A DNA stretch of 64,000 bases from Escherichia coli (GCF_044324785.1 NZ_CP172127.1), one strand, 5' to 3'; positions 1 through 12,543 are shown, counted from the first letter of the stretch. The notes: generated by a model not told the origin, from the sequence alone. Translations and numbers: made by a program.

Positions 1-320
1 CGGATGCGCCAACCGGCTCCGGCTGGTGGCACTGGGTCGTTGTTAACTTACCCGCTGATACCCGCGTATTACCGCAAGGGTTTGGCTCTGGTCTGGTAGC
101 AATGCCAGACGGCGTTTTGCAGACGCGTACCGACTTTGGTAAAGCCGGATACGGTGGCGCAGCGCCGCCGAAAGGCGAAACCCATCGCTACATTTTTACC
201 GTTCACGCGCTGGATGTAGAACGTATTGATGTCGATGAAGGTGCCAGCGGCGCGATGGTCGGGTTTAACGTCCATTTCCACTCTCTGGCAAGCGCCTCGA
301 TTACTGCGATGTTTAGTTAA
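1..320 (+). CDS. ybhB: PEBP/YbhB-family protein, 3' portion (5' end lies upstream of window)
   Basis: Open frame running from window edge to stop at 320; C-terminal peptide matches remembered E. coli YbhB; synteny with ybhC. Confidence 0.75.
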   Translation, partial: DAPTGSGWWHWVVVNLPADTRVLPQGFGSGLVAMPDGVLQTRTDFGKAGYGGAAPPKGETHRYIFTVHALDVERIDVDEGASGAMVGFNVHFHSLASASITAMFS

Positions 321-471
321 TCACTCTGCCAGATGGCGCTATGCCATCTGGTATCACTTAAAGGTATTAAAAACAACTTTTTGTCTTTTTACCTTCCCGT
401 TTCGCTCAAGTTAGTATAAAAAAGCAGGCTTCAACGGATTCATTTTTCTATTTCATAGCCCGGAGCAACCT

Positions 472-1755
472 GTGAACACATTTTCAGTTTCCCGTCTGGC
501 GCTGGCATTGGCTTTTGGCGTGACGCTGACCGCCTGTAGCTCAACACCGCCCGATCAACGTCCTTCTGATCAAACCGCGCCTGGTACCTCTTCTCGCCCG
601 ATTCTGTCGGCAAAAGAAGCGCAGAATTTCGATGCTCAACACTATTTTGCATCCCTGACACCAGGTGCGGCAGCGTGGAATCCTTCCCCGATTACCCTGC
701 CTGCACAACCTGACTTTGTTGTCGGCCCGGCGGGTACTCAAGGTGTAACGCATACCACGATTCAGGCGGCGGTAGATGCGGCAATTATCAAGCGTACCAA
801 CAAGCGCCAGTATATTGCCGTGATGCCTGGTGAGTATCAGGGAACGGTATATGTCCCTGCCGCTCCGGGTGGAATTACTCTGTACGGTACAGGTGAAAAA
901 CCGATTGATGTGAAGATTGGGCTTTCCCTTGATGGGGGCATGAGCCCTGCCGACTGGCGTCATGACGTCAACCCGCGCGGCAAATATATGCCAGGTAAAC
1001 CAGCGTGGTATATGTACGATAGCTGCCAGAGCAAACGCAGCGACAGTATCGGTGTTCTCTGCTCTGCGGTCTTCTGGTCACAAAACAATGGCCTGCAACT
1101 GCAAAACCTGACCATCGAAAACACGCTGGGCGATAGCGTAGATGCGGGTAACCATCCGGCGGTGGCACTGCGTACTGATGGTGACCAGGTACAGATTAAC
1201 AACGTTAACATTCTCGGTCGTCAGAATACCTTCTTTGTCACCAACAGTGGTGTGCAAAACCGTCTGGAAACCAACCGTCAGCCGCGTACTCTGGTGACCA
1301 ACAGTTACATTGAAGGGGATGTGGATATCGTTTCTGGTCGCGGCGCAGTGGTGTTCGATAATACCGAATTCCGCGTGGTGAACTCACGTACTCAGCAAGA
1401 AGCGTATGTGTTTGCACCGGCAACACTGTCTAACATCTATTACGGTTTCCTCGCCGTAAACAGCCGTTTCAATGCTTCCGGTGATAGCGTGGCGCAACTG
1501 GGCCGCTCGCTGGATGTTGATGCTAATACCAACGGTCAGGTGGTGATCCGTGATAGCGCCATCAACGAAGGTTTTAATACGGCTAAACCGTGGGCCGATG
1601 CGGTGATTTCCAATCGTCCGTTTGCGGGTAATACTGGCAACGTTGATGATAACGACGAAGTACAGCGTAATCTGAATGACACTAACTACAACCGCATGTG
1701 GGAATACAATAACCGCGGCGTGGGTAGCAAAGTGGTTGCAGAGGCGAAGAAGTAA
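472..1755 (+). CDS. ybhC: Pectinesterase-family outer-membrane lipoprotein (putative acyl-CoA thioesterase)
   Basis: 427 aa ORF with GTG start; signal peptide ending in lipobox LTAC; synteny. Confidence 0.85.
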   Translation: MNTFSVSRLALALAFGVTLTACSSTPPDQRPSDQTAPGTSSRPILSAKEAQNFDAQHYFASLTPGAAAWNPSPITLPAQPDFVVGPAGTQGVTHTTIQAAVDAAIIKRTNKRQYIAVMPGEYQGTVYVPAAPGGITLYGTGEKPIDVKIGLSLDGGMSPADWRHDVNPRGKYMPGKPAWYMYDSCQSKRSDSIGVLCSAVFWSQNNGLQLQNLTIENTLGDSVDAGNHPAVALRTDGDQVQINNVNILGRQNTFFVTNSGVQNRLETNRQPRTLVTNSYIEGDVDIVSGRGAVVFDNTEFRVVNSRTQQEAYVFAPATLSNIYYGFLAVNSRFNASGDSVAQLGRSLDVDANTNGQVVIRDSAINEGFNTAKPWADAVISNRPFAGNTGNVDDNDEVQRNLNDTNYNRMWEYNNRGVGSKVVAEAKK

Positions 1756-1762
1756 AAAAGAA

Positions 1763-1827
1763 AACCCGATAGTCTGAACCATCGGGTTAATGAAACAGGG
1801 CGCTATATTTCATAGCGCCTTTTTTTA
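1763..1827. terminator. Tail-to-tail intrinsic terminators between ybhC (+) and ybhJ (-)
   Basis: Hairpin aacccgat..atcgggtt flanked by A-run on + strand (U-run for minus transcript), then hairpin agggcgctata..tagcgcct followed by T7. Confidence 0.6.
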
Positions 1828-4110
1828 CATCTGACGGTTTTTATTGAAGTTAATCAAACTACCCGCCTTGATAATCTCGCGTTCTTCAGCAGTCAGACTT
1901 TCCATATAGAGCGTAATCTCTGTTACCGGCGCATCTTCATGGATCACATAACCTTTAAACGTCGTACCCGGATTATCCAGCGCCGCTTTAATGCCAGGGA
2001 TGTAAATGTAATCCCCCACTTCAAACGCTGGTGCTTCCGCCATTTGCAGCGGTAACATCCCCCAGTTGATGACGTTAGAACGGTAGCGTTTAGTCGCGTA
2101 TTCCTCGGCAATATTCGCCAGACCGCCAATCACACGCTGGCAGCTCGCCGCCTGCTCACGCGCAGAACCATCGCCTGGTTTCACCGCATAGACCATGCTG
2201 CCAATTTCAGTTTGCAGCGGATCAATATGCTCCTGACCAGCAATCTGCTTAATGCGCGCAAACACCTCTGTCAGCTCACTGACATTCCCCGCCAGACGCT
2301 GATTTTCCAGCTCAGCAGTCGCTTTACTTCTGCCAACATAACCTGGATCGCGGCGTGACAGGGTAAACTCCGCCAGACCAATCGGATTTGAACGATAAGA
2401 AGATGTTTCACCGGAAGGAATCAGTTCGTCGGTGGTGGTCACTTCGTCGAGGATCTTCGAGCACACTTTGAGGACGATATTGTCAGTCAGCGCACCCAAT
2501 TCCGGCCAGTCTTTAATGTTCGGTCCGTAAATCAGCGGTTGCTGGGTCGCCCCTTTCACAAAGCCCTGATAAACACGGTTTTTATACGGCGTTACATCGA
2601 AGGCGTACTCCGGCACGTTGTCCCAGCAATCCAGCTCGCTGGCAGAGGTTAAATAGCCACCGTTTGCCGCAGTCGCAGCGATGGAACGAGCGTCCATCAA
2701 CGCCACTGCTGACATCTGCCCATTGGCTGGCTTAGAGCCTTCGCGGTTCGGGAAGTTACGCGTGGTGTGGCGAATACTCAAACCGTTGTTGATTGGCGTA
2801 TCGCCCGCGCCGAAGCATGGGCCGCAGAACGCGGTTCTGATGATTGCGCCTGCGCCAATCAAATCTGCTACCACGCCTTTTTTGGCTAAATCCATAAACA
2901 CCGGCTGTGATGACGGGTAAACCGCCAGCGAGAAGGTGTCATTGCCACAGGATTGACCGCGCAGTGCATTCGCCGCCGCGATGACGTTTTCGTAGTTACC
3001 GCCAGAACAGCCCGCGATAATCCCCTGCTGCACTTTCAGGCGACCATTTTCCACTTTATCCAGCAGCGAGAGTTTGGCTTTACCGTGCGCCACGCGTTCG
3101 GACTCAATTTCAATCTCACGCAGAATGTCGGTCAGGTTCTGGTTCAGCGTGTCGATTTCATACACGTTGCTCGGGTGGAACGGCAGCGCAATCATTGGTT
3201 TGATGGCGCTTAAATCAACGCTGATGCAGCCATCGTAGTACGCCATCGGTTGAGGGTTAAGCTGGCAGTAATCCTGGCCGCGACCGTGCAGCGCCAGCCA
3301 GTTATGGACTTCTTCATCGGTTTGCCAGATAGAACTTAAACAGGTCGTTTCAGTGGTCATAACGTCAACGCTGTTACGGAAATCGGTAGAGAGCGCAGCA
3401 ACACCGGGACCTACGAATTCCATCACTTTGTTTTTGACGTAGCCGTTTTTGAACACGGCACCGATGATAGCCAGCGCCACATCCTGTGGCCCCACATACG
3501 GCGCAGGTTTTCCGGTCAGATGCACCGCAACAACTCCCGGATAGTCGATATCCCAGGTGTCATTAAGCAGCTGTTTTACCAACTCACCGCCACCCTCACC
3601 GACTGCCATTGTCCCTAATGCACCGTAACGGGTGTGGCTGTCTGACCCGAGGATCATTTTGCCCCCGCCTGCCATCATCTCACGCATATATTGATGGATG
3701 ACCGCAATATGCGGAGGCACAAAAATACCGCCATAACGCTGAGCTGCCGATAAACCAAAAACATGGTCATCACCGTTAATGGTGCCGCCGACGGCGCAGA
3801 GTGAGTTATGGCAGTTGGTCAGCACATACGGCAGCGGGAAACGTTCCATACCGGACGCTTTAGCGGTCTGTACAATACCAACAAAGGTAATATCGTGAGA
3901 GGCTAATGAATCAAACTTAATTTTAAGTTTATCCATATTTCCGGACGTATTATGAGAAGAGAGAATAGACCAGGCAATAGTGCCTTTTTTTGCTTCTTCT
4001 TTTTTAATTTCGCCGGTGAAATGTTCTTCGGCAATTATTTCGTTATTACTGGCGAGAAACACGCCTTTTTCAGATAACTTGATCATCAAATGCTCCAGAT
4101 ATCTGCGCAC
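1825..4110 (-). CDS. ybhJ: Aconitase-family hydratase
   Basis: 761 aa ORF; aconitase-like sequence; position in ybhHIJ cluster. Confidence 0.8.
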   Translation of the reverse strand: MRRYLEHLMIKLSEKGVFLASNNEIIAEEHFTGEIKKEEAKKGTIAWSILSSHNTSGNMDKLKIKFDSLASHDITFVGIVQTAKASGMERFPLPYVLTNCHNSLCAVGGTINGDDHVFGLSAAQRYGGIFVPPHIAVIHQYMREMMAGGGKMILGSDSHTRYGALGTMAVGEGGGELVKQLLNDTWDIDYPGVVAVHLTGKPAPYVGPQDVALAIIGAVFKNGYVKNKVMEFVGPGVAALSTDFRNSVDVMTTETTCLSSIWQTDEEVHNWLALHGRGQDYCQLNPQPMAYYDGCISVDLSAIKPMIALPFHPSNVYEIDTLNQNLTDILREIEIESERVAHGKAKLSLLDKVENGRLKVQQGIIAGCSGGNYENVIAAANALRGQSCGNDTFSLAVYPSSQPVFMDLAKKGVVADLIGAGAIIRTAFCGPCFGAGDTPINNGLSIRHTTRNFPNREGSKPANGQMSAVALMDARSIAATAANGGYLTSASELDCWDNVPEYAFDVTPYKNRVYQGFVKGATQQPLIYGPNIKDWPELGALTDNIVLKVCSKILDEVTTTDELIPSGETSSYRSNPIGLAEFTLSRRDPGYVGRSKATAELENQRLAGNVSELTEVFARIKQIAGQEHIDPLQTEIGSMVYAVKPGDGSAREQAASCQRVIGGLANIAEEYATKRYRSNVINWGMLPLQMAEAPAFEVGDYIYIPGIKAALDNPGTTFKGYVIHEDAPVTEITLYMESLTAEEREIIKAGSLINFNKNRQM

Positions 4111-4152
4111 CGTGAAGTGCGCAGAAAGATAATAAATGGATATACTCTAAAT

Positions 4153-4268
4153 AATTCGAGTTGCAGGAAGGCGACAAGCGAGTGAATCCCCAGGAGCTTA
4201 CATAAGTAAGTGACTGGGGTGAGCGAACGCAGACGCAGCACATGCAACTTGAAGTATGACGAGTATAT
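4153..4268. repeat. ERIC/IRU enterobacterial repetitive intergenic consensus element
   Basis: Contains gtgaatccccaggagcttacat and aagtaagtgactggggtgagcg, the two halves of the ERIC inverted repeat (the classical ERIC primer sites). Confidence 0.8.
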
Positions 4269-5702
4269 TTACAGCATGTTCCAGCCGATCAGCATATTCC
4301 ACCACCACACTCCGAGGGTGATATGCACCAGGAAGGTTAATATCGTCAGTACCGCACCGACCAACCACCAGGATTTAATATCGTTGTAACCCACGCCAAA
4401 GATGACCGGACCTGCCGCGCCGCCATAGTGAGTAACCATGCCGCCATAGGAGTTGGAGAACAACAGTGCCAGCGCGGTTAACATTAACGGTGCGCCGGAG
4501 ACGTTCGCCAGCATGGCAAATACCGGTAACATGGCAACGATATAGGCACTACCGGAAGCGAAGAAATAACGCACGATAATGCTGAGGAAAATAATAACGA
4601 AGAAAGCAACGTTACCGTGACCATCAAATGCCAGGTTATTTTTAAAGACTTCAGCTAACCATTCGAAGAATTTCACTTTCGATAATAAGGAGCTTAAGCC
4701 GATAATACCGCCGTACCAGATTAAGGTATTCCAGCCGCCTTTATTTTTAACCACGTCTTCCCAGGTAACGATACCCAGCAGCAGCATAGTCGCCATAACA
4801 ACGATTGCCACGGTGGATTCATCAACCCCCAGTGACTTACTGAAAATCCAGCCCAGTAGCGCCAGCACAAAGACACCGAGCAGCATTTTTTCGCGGATTT
4901 TCATCGGTCCCAGTTCGGCAAGGCCCGCTTTGGCGATGGTTTTGTTATCCACCTTCTTAATTTCTGGCGGATACATGGTGTAAATCACCAGCGGGGTGAC
5001 CAGCAGCATAATGATACCCGGCAATCCAGCGGCCAGCGCCCATCCACCCCAGCTAATTTGCAGGTGCAGAATGTCGTTGATCATTTTCAGCGCCAGAATG
5101 TTCCCCGCCATTGCGGTAAAGAACATATAGCTGGTGGTTTTGGTGACCATGTAAATGGACATCATCAGGTAATGTCCGACACGACGCGGACTTTTTTCCG
5201 GTTCGGACCCCAAAGCCACCGCCACACTGTTGATGATCGGTAACACAATGCCGCCCGCACGCGCGGTGTTAGACGGTGTTGCCGGAGCCAGTACCAGATC
5301 GAGGAATACCGTAACGTAACCCAGACCCAGCGTGGTGTTACCGATTTTACCAATCAGCAGATAGGCTATACGTTTGCCTAAGCCGGTGGTCACAAATGCG
5401 GCGCTTAAGGTGAACGCCGAGAACACCAGCCAGGTGGTACCTGAAGAGTAACCGCTTAATACGGCGGTGGTCTTAAACGCACCGTCGGATAAGTTACCGA
5501 CCACCACCATTGAGGCAGCAACGGCAATTAACAGTACGACAGGTTCCGGGAAAGGCTTGATAACCAGCCCCACAATGGCCGCCAGGTAAATACCAAAAAG
5601 CACCCACGCCAGTTCGCTTAATCCTGCCGGAGCTGGCATAAAGCCAATAATACATGGGATCGCTAATATCAGAATTAGCTTCCATAACGATTTTTTATTC
5701 AT
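4269..5702 (-). CDS. ybhI: DASS-family anion/tricarboxylate transporter
   Basis: 477 aa highly hydrophobic ORF; synteny. Confidence 0.8.
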   Translation of the reverse strand: MNKKSLWKLILILAIPCIIGFMPAPAGLSELAWVLFGIYLAAIVGLVIKPFPEPVVLLIAVAASMVVVGNLSDGAFKTTAVLSGYSSGTTWLVFSAFTLSAAFVTTGLGKRIAYLLIGKIGNTTLGLGYVTVFLDLVLAPATPSNTARAGGIVLPIINSVAVALGSEPEKSPRRVGHYLMMSIYMVTKTTSYMFFTAMAGNILALKMINDILHLQISWGGWALAAGLPGIIMLLVTPLVIYTMYPPEIKKVDNKTIAKAGLAELGPMKIREKMLLGVFVLALLGWIFSKSLGVDESTVAIVVMATMLLLGIVTWEDVVKNKGGWNTLIWYGGIIGLSSLLSKVKFFEWLAEVFKNNLAFDGHGNVAFFVIIFLSIIVRYFFASGSAYIVAMLPVFAMLANVSGAPLMLTALALLFSNSYGGMVTHYGGAAGPVIFGVGYNDIKSWWLVGAVLTILTFLVHITLGVWWWNMLIGWNML

Positions 5703-5777
5703 TTAAAATCCTGTTCTTTCTGTATGACTCATACAGAAGTCCTTTATTGATTGTCCTTATCCTGACAACGAATTTTT

Positions 5778-6830
5778 TCAGGGAAGAAAAACTTCACCGG
5801 AAAATATTTTTCTGGTTGTCCGAATAACAGATGCGCGTAACGTCGTGGCATCCTGACCTTCATTACTTAAATGAACGTCGAGCGCACCACTGGGGTGTTC
5901 AATATTGATATTGCCGTATCCTACAGAAGGGACGATTTGTCGGGTGACGGTGCCTTCCAATGCACAACTACTGGAAATGGCAATAGCTCCGGTTATCGCC
6001 AGAGCGCGATGGCAAGAATGCGGCATAAAATAACGCACATTAATTGCTCCGCCTTTCTGCGCTGGAGAAATAAGCACAGGTTTAGGGATAACCATATTAC
6101 TGACATCGCCTAAGCCCATTGCTTTACCCGCTTGTAGACGGATAGATTCAATGCGGGCTAATAATGCTTTGTCAGCATCCAGCTCCGTCGGTAATTCATA
6201 GCCTGTTTTTCCCAGATATTCAGCAGGAATAATAACAACTGGCATCGCCATATCGATACAGGTCACCGGGACATCGTCAAAATAATCAATCTGATTATCA
6301 GTCGGGAAGACTTTTCCGGTTTTGGTTCCGGCGGCATTCAGGAAAGTGAGCGCAACCGGTGCGGCAGTACCCGGTACGCCGTCAATTCTGGCGCTACCCT
6401 CGTACTCGACAACACCATTTGGCGTTTGCACATCAGCTTCGATGAACGTACCCGTATTGACGTTGCGGATACGTACGCGGGTAACTGGCGAAGTCGCTGC
6501 AATCAAACCATTTTCAATGGCGAATGCCCCAACGCCAGACAGCATATTGCCGCAGTTAGGCGTGGTATCGACACGTTGCTCATGGACGATAACTTGAGCA
6601 AACAGATAATCGACATCTGCACGCGGATCGCTGGAGCGGCTAATAATGGCGACTTTACTGGTCAGCGGATTACCGCCGCCAATACCGTCAATTTCCAGAT
6701 CGTTACCGGAACCCATAATTGCCATCAATATTTTATCGCGCTGCGTTTGATCTTCGGGTAAATGTTCCGCTAACAAGAACGCGCCCCTCGAGGTTCCACC
6801 TCGCATCATCACGCAGGGTATTTTTTTCAT
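5778..6830 (-). CDS. ybhH: PrpF/AcnD-accessory-like isomerase
   Basis: 350 aa ORF; synteny with ybhI/ybhJ and divergent LysR gene. Confidence 0.8.
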   Translation of the reverse strand: MKKIPCVMMRGGTSRGAFLLAEHLPEDQTQRDKILMAIMGSGNDLEIDGIGGGNPLTSKVAIISRSSDPRADVDYLFAQVIVHEQRVDTTPNCGNMLSGVGAFAIENGLIAATSPVTRVRIRNVNTGTFIEADVQTPNGVVEYEGSARIDGVPGTAAPVALTFLNAAGTKTGKVFPTDNQIDYFDDVPVTCIDMAMPVVIIPAEYLGKTGYELPTELDADKALLARIESIRLQAGKAMGLGDVSNMVIPKPVLISPAQKGGAINVRYFMPHSCHRALAITGAIAISSSCALEGTVTRQIVPSVGYGNINIEHPSGALDVHLSNEGQDATTLRASVIRTTRKIFSGEVFLP

Positions 6831-7013
6831 AATAATGCCCTCAATTTAAAAACATAACTTATTGCGATATGGTTACATTAAGGGCAAAGCATCTCTAATG
6901 ACTTTAGCTCAACGATTAATAACATTTTTTCATTAATTTAAGTTGGCTAAATGCAGTTAAAATTTTTAACGGCCAGCCACCCAAAATCGAGGCTTCCATT
7001 TTCCGGAGTAATA

Positions 7014-7967
7014 ATGAAGCATGAATTATCAAGTATGAAGGCATTTGTCATACTGGCAGAGTCCAGTTCATTTAACAATGCCGCTAAATTACTCAATATT
7101 ACGCAACCTGCATTAACGCGAAGAATAAAAAAGATGGAGGAAGATTTACATATCCAACTATTTGAGCGTACAACTCGCAAGGTTACGTTAACAAAAGCAG
7201 GAAAAAGGTTGCTCCCGGAGGCGCGGGAATTAATAAAAAAATTCGATGAAACACTTTTTAATATTCGTGATATGAATGCTTATCATCGTGGTATGGTGAC
7301 GTTAGCGTGTATTCCGACCGCGGTATTTTATTTTTTACCATTGGCAATCGGTAAATTTAATGAGCTGTATCCCAATATTAAAGTGCGGATTCTGGAACAA
7401 GGCACGAATAATTGCATGGAATCGGTGCTGTGTAACGAATCAGACTTTGGCATAAACATGAACAACGTCACAAATTCATCCATTGATTTTACCCCACTGG
7501 TCAACGAGCCGTTCGTGCTGGCCTGTCGGCGTGACCATCCATTGGCCAAAAAGCAGCTTGTAGAATGGCAGGAGTTAGTGGGTTACAAAATGATTGGCGT
7601 ACGCTCCTCCAGCGGCAACCGACTGTTGATAGAACAACAGCTAGCCGACAAGCCCTGGAAGCTGGACTGGTTTTACGAAGTGCGTCATCTTTCGACGTCA
7701 TTAGGACTGGTGGAGGCGGGACTGGGGATTTCGGCGCTTCCTGGTCTGGCAATGCCCCATGCACCCTATTCTTCGATTATTGGTATCCCGCTGGTGGAAC
7801 CGGTTATACGTCGGACATTGGGGATTATTCGCCGCAAAGATGCCGTGCTTTCTCCGGCAGCTGAACGCTTTTTTGCCTTGCTGATTAATTTGTGGACTGA
7901 CGATAAAGACAATTTGTGGACCAATATCGTCGAACGCCAGAGACATGCGTTACAGGAGATAGGTTAA
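7014..7967 (+). CDS. ybhD: LysR-family transcriptional regulator
   Basis: N-terminal LysR HTH region; start placed at internal MKHELSS (317 aa) rather than ORF-track 6951; divergent from ybhH. Confidence 0.75.
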   Translation: MKHELSSMKAFVILAESSSFNNAAKLLNITQPALTRRIKKMEEDLHIQLFERTTRKVTLTKAGKRLLPEARELIKKFDETLFNIRDMNAYHRGMVTLACIPTAVFYFLPLAIGKFNELYPNIKVRILEQGTNNCMESVLCNESDFGINMNNVTNSSIDFTPLVNEPFVLACRRDHPLAKKQLVEWQELVGYKMIGVRSSSGNRLLIEQQLADKPWKLDWFYEVRHLSTSLGLVEAGLGISALPGLAMPHAPYSSIIGIPLVEPVIRRTLGIIRRKDAVLSPAAERFFALLINLWTDDKDNLWTNIVERQRHALQEIG

Positions 7968-8007
7968 TACACCGGCGCAGGAGAGACTGCGCCGGGTAAA
8001 TCAGCGG

Positions 8008-9039
<1,032 letters not shown>

Positions 9040-9157
9040 CTAAAATTAGTCGCTTTTGGCGGTGAATGCTGAATTAAAACGCAGAATTTTGTCCGATAGT
9101 GGTATCGGTGTACCATTCGCGCAGACGAAAATTCTTAACCTTAATCTGGAATACGCC

Positions 9158-9976
9158 ATGACCACACGCGTGATTGCTCTCGACTTAGACGGCACCTTAT
9201 TGACCCCGAAAAAGACCTTGCTTCCATCATCGATAGAAGCCCTGGCCCGCGCTCGCGAAGCAGGCTATCAATTAATCATCGTCACAGGTCGCCATCACGT
9301 CGCTATTCATCCTTTTTATCAGGCGCTGGCGCTGGATACACCTGCTATTTGCTGTAATGGCACCTATTTGTATGATTATCATGCAAAAACCGTGCTGGAA
9401 GCGGACCCAATGCCCGTTAATAAAGCCCTGCAACTCATTGAGATGCTGAATGAACACCACATTCACGGTCTGATGTATGTCGATGATGCAATGGTCTATG
9501 AGCACCCGACCGGGCATGTCATTCGCACGTCTAACTGGGCGCAAACCCTGCCGCCGGAACAGCGTCCGACTTTCACACAAGTCGCTTCTCTGGCTGAAAC
9601 GGCGCAACAAGTTAACGCCGTATGGAAGTTCGCCCTGACGCACGATGACCTGCCGCAATTGCAGCATTTTGGTAAGCATGTCGAACATGAACTGGGACTG
9701 GAGTGTGAATGGTCCTGGCACGATCAGGTTGATATTGCACGCGGCGGCAACAGCAAAGGTAAACGTTTGACGAAATGGGTTGAGGCGCAAGGCTGGTCGA
9801 TGGAAAACGTCGTGGCGTTCGGCGATAACTTTAATGATATCAGTATGCTGGAAGCCGCTGGTACAGGCGTGGCGATGGGCAACGCCGATGACGCAGTAAA
9901 AGCGCGCGCCAACATTGTGATTGGTGATAACACCACCGACAGCATTGCCCGGTTCATTTATAGCCACCTGATTTAA
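9158..9976 (+). CDS. ybhA: HAD-superfamily phosphatase (pyridoxal phosphate phosphatase)
   Basis: HAD motif IALDLDGTLL at N-terminus; start placed at MTTRV (ATG 9158) inside the longer ORF-track frame. Confidence 0.85.
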   Translation: MTTRVIALDLDGTLLTPKKTLLPSSIEALARAREAGYQLIIVTGRHHVAIHPFYQALALDTPAICCNGTYLYDYHAKTVLEADPMPVNKALQLIEMLNEHHIHGLMYVDDAMVYEHPTGHVIRTSNWAQTLPPEQRPTFTQVASLAETAQQVNAVWKFALTHDDLPQLQHFGKHVEHELGLECEWSWHDQVDIARGGNSKGKRLTKWVEAQGWSMENVVAFGDNFNDISMLEAAGTGVAMGNADDAVKARANIVIGDNTTDSIARFIYSHLI

Positions 9977-11035
9977 TCAGGCGGTTATCGACACACTTTT
10001 AATTTGCGCATACAGCCACAGGCCAGGTTTGATCGCCAGTTCATCCCTGGCCCACGGGCTGATACGCGCCCACAGCGTTTTACCGCCGACTTCCAACTCC
10101 ACTTCCACCTGGCCGTTGTCGTCATAACTATTAACAACTTTTGCCCGCAATACGTTACGAATGCTGGTTTGCTGCGGCGGTTGTAAAACCAGCGAGACAT
10201 CGGAAGCCTGAATGCGGATACGTAGCGCAGCTTGCAGCGGTTCGTCCAGCTTATTGACCCACAAATGCTGATCGCCCAGCGCCAGCGCAGTCATCGCGTA
10301 ATGCGGATGATGCTCAAGTACCGTCACTTTCAGAATGCTACTTTGTTGCTCTTTCGGCAGCCACGGATTCATCACGCTACTGCCCCAGACTTCTTCCAGC
10401 GCGCCAAAGGCTTTCACCTGACCGTTTTCCAGTACCATCACTCTGTCTGCCAGATGGAGGATCTCATCCAGCGAATGGCTGACATACAACATCGGAATGT
10501 TGATTTCCCGTGTCAGCCGTTGCAGATAAGGCAACAGTTCGCGTTTACGCGGAATATCCAGTGACGCCAGCGGTTCATCCAGCAACAGCAATTCCGGTGC
10601 TGTCAGCAAAGCCCGACCAATCGCCACGCGCTGTTTTTCGCCTCCGGAAAGACTGCCCGGTAAACGCTCAAGCAACGGTTCAATGCCTAAAAGCGTCACC
10701 AGCTTATCGAACTGATCGACCATGCTTTTCGCCATGCCGTAGCGCAAATTGCCACGCACTTTATAATGCGGAAACAGCCGCGCATCCTGAAACACATAGC
10801 CTACGCGACGCTTTTCCGGCGTCAGGCAGATACCTTTATCGGCGTCATTTAGTACCCGACCATTGAGGACAATCCGCCCCTTTTGCGGACGTGTCAGCCC
10901 ACTGATGGCGTTAATCAGCGAGGTTTTTCCGGCACCAGAGACACCAAAAATAGCGGTGATGCCATTGGCGGGCAGCGTTTCATTAATAGTCAGGCAATGG
11001 TTGCCCAACGTCTGGGAAAAATTCAGTTCCAGCAT
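9977..11035 (-). CDS. modC: Molybdate ABC transporter ATP-binding protein
   Basis: 352 aa; Walker [13 protein letters not shown] signature LSGGEKQR, C-terminal TOBE domain. Confidence 0.9.
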   Translation of the reverse strand: MLELNFSQTLGNHCLTINETLPANGITAIFGVSGAGKTSLINAISGLTRPQKGRIVLNGRVLNDADKGICLTPEKRRVGYVFQDARLFPHYKVRGNLRYGMAKSMVDQFDKLVTLLGIEPLLERLPGSLSGGEKQRVAIGRALLTAPELLLLDEPLASLDIPRKRELLPYLQRLTREINIPMLYVSHSLDEILHLADRVMVLENGQVKAFGALEEVWGSSVMNPWLPKEQQSSILKVTVLEHHPHYAMTALALGDQHLWVNKLDEPLQAALRIRIQASDVSLVLQPPQQTSIRNVLRAKVVNSYDDNGQVEVELEVGGKTLWARISPWARDELAIKPGLWLYAQIKSVSITA

Positions 11036-11037
11036 GA

Positions 11038-11727
11038 TTAGCGCCCCGCCCGTTCACGGCTGATTCTGGCCAGCCATTCTGAAATCAACAGGGAGATCAT
11101 CGCCAGCGCAATAGAAATAATACACAGTCTCGCCGCGCCACTTTCCCCGCCGGGAGTCTGGATCAGGGTATACATGGCAGAAGGAATGGTTCGCGTTTCA
11201 CCAGGAATGTTAGAAACAAAGGTTATGGTTGCACCAAACTCACCGAGCGAACGTGCGAATGCCAGTACCGTACCAACAATAATTCCCGGTAAGGTCAGCG
11301 GTAACGTGATAGTAAAGAAAACGCGCCAGCGCCCCGCCCCCAGTGTTCTTGCGGCCTGCTCCAGTTTGATATCAACCCCTTCCAGCGCCAGACGAATCGC
11401 CCGCACCATCAGCGGAAAAGACATGACAGCGGCAGCGAGAACCGCACCGCGCCAGCTAAACGCGAAAGAAAGACCAAACCAGTCATACAGACGTTCACCG
11501 ATAAATCCGCGCCGTCCCATCGAAACTAATAATAAGTAACCGACGACCACGGGCGGTAACACCAGCGGTAGATGCAGTACGCTATCGAGCAGAGCTTTGC
11601 CCGGAAACGTGCAACGTACCAGTAACCAGGCAAAAAAGATCCCAAACGGCAGGCTAAACAGCACAGCCAGGGAAGAAACTTTCAGGCTTAATAAAACTGC
11701 CTGCCATTCTGGATCGGTCAGTATCAT
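11038..11727 (-). CDS. modB: Molybdate ABC transporter permease
   Basis: 229 aa membrane protein; synteny. Confidence 0.9.
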   Translation of the reverse strand: MILTDPEWQAVLLSLKVSSLAVLFSLPFGIFFAWLLVRCTFPGKALLDSVLHLPLVLPPVVVGYLLLVSMGRRGFIGERLYDWFGLSFAFSWRGAVLAAAVMSFPLMVRAIRLALEGVDIKLEQAARTLGAGRWRVFFTITLPLTLPGIIVGTVLAFARSLGEFGATITFVSNIPGETRTIPSAMYTLIQTPGGESGAARLCIISIALAMISLLISEWLARISRERAGR

Positions 11728-12500
11728 TACTTGGTTGTAAATCCGTAACGTTTAAAGATTTCCGCAGCCTGCGGCCCTTTCAAATAATCATAAAATGCTT
11801 TCACTGTCGCATTGTTATGCCCTTCCACAACAGCAACCGGGTATTCCACTTTTTTATGCGAATCTTCCGGGAAGGTGGCGACCACTTTTACCCCTTTGCT
11901 GGCAACTGCGTCAGAACCGTAAACTATGCCCAGCGGCGCTTCATTGCGTTCGACCAACGCCAGCGCGCCACGAACATCTTCCGCCGGAGCCAGTTTCGGG
12001 GAGAGCGTATCCCATGCGCCCAGTTTTTGCAGTGCTTCTTTCGCATAAATGCCAGCAGGGACATGTTCCGGATCACCAACCGCGAGGCGACCGCCATTCA
12101 GCAGCGAAGTCCAGTTGGTTTTGCTGTCGATGGTGAAATCTTTCTGCTCGCTGGCTTTCGGTGCTACAACGACCAGGCTATTGCCGAGCAGTGTCTGGCG
12201 CGAAGCCGTATCGATCGCTTTTTTATCAACCGCATAATCCATCCATTTCTGATCGGCAGAAATAAACAGATCCGCAGGCGCACCCGCTTCAATCTGACGG
12301 GCCAAAGTAGATGACGAAGCGAAAGAAGAAACCACATCCACGCCTTTCTCTTTTTTATACTGCGTAGCAATGTCCTGCATTGCGTTAGTCAGTGATGCGG
12401 CGGCGAACACCGTGATTTTCCCTTCATCTGCCAGTGCATTGCCAGCAACAGCGAAAGTGAGTGCCGCCCCGGTAAACAAGTTCAACCATTTACGAGCCAT
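11727..12500 (-). CDS. modA: Molybdate ABC transporter periplasmic binding protein
   Basis: 257 aa with signal peptide; synteny. Confidence 0.9.
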   Translation of the reverse strand: MARKWLNLFTGAALTFAVAGNALADEGKITVFAAASLTNAMQDIATQYKKEKGVDVVSSFASSSTLARQIEAGAPADLFISADQKWMDYAVDKKAIDTASRQTLLGNSLVVVAPKASEQKDFTIDSKTNWTSLLNGGRLAVGDPEHVPAGIYAKEALQKLGAWDTLSPKLAPAEDVRGALALVERNEAPLGIVYGSDAVASKGVKVVATFPEDSHKKVEYPVAVVEGHNNATVKAFYDYLKGPQAAEIFKRYGFTTK

Positions 12501-12519
12501 TGGTAACCCCTTAATCTAA

Positions 12520-12543
12520 CGTTATGTAGGCGTCAATATAACG
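12520..12543 (-). promoter_or_regulatory. ModE operator at the modA promoter
   Basis: Minus-strand reading CGTTATATTGACGCCTACATAACG, imperfect inverted repeat resembling the remembered ModE site, about 20 bp upstream of modA start. Confidence 0.55.

Noticed and set aside
6951-7013. Upstream extensions of ORF-track frames (ybhD at 6951, ybhA at 9056, galE at 15493, modF at 13789, pal, tolB, cydA, sdhA, sdhC)
   Set aside because: Known N-termini start at internal Met codons with better-placed RBSs; longer frames are in-frame upstream read-through.
9272-9967. 231 aa minus-strand ORF opposite ybhA
   Set aside because: Overlaps the HAD phosphatase gene, which has clear motifs; no RBS support.
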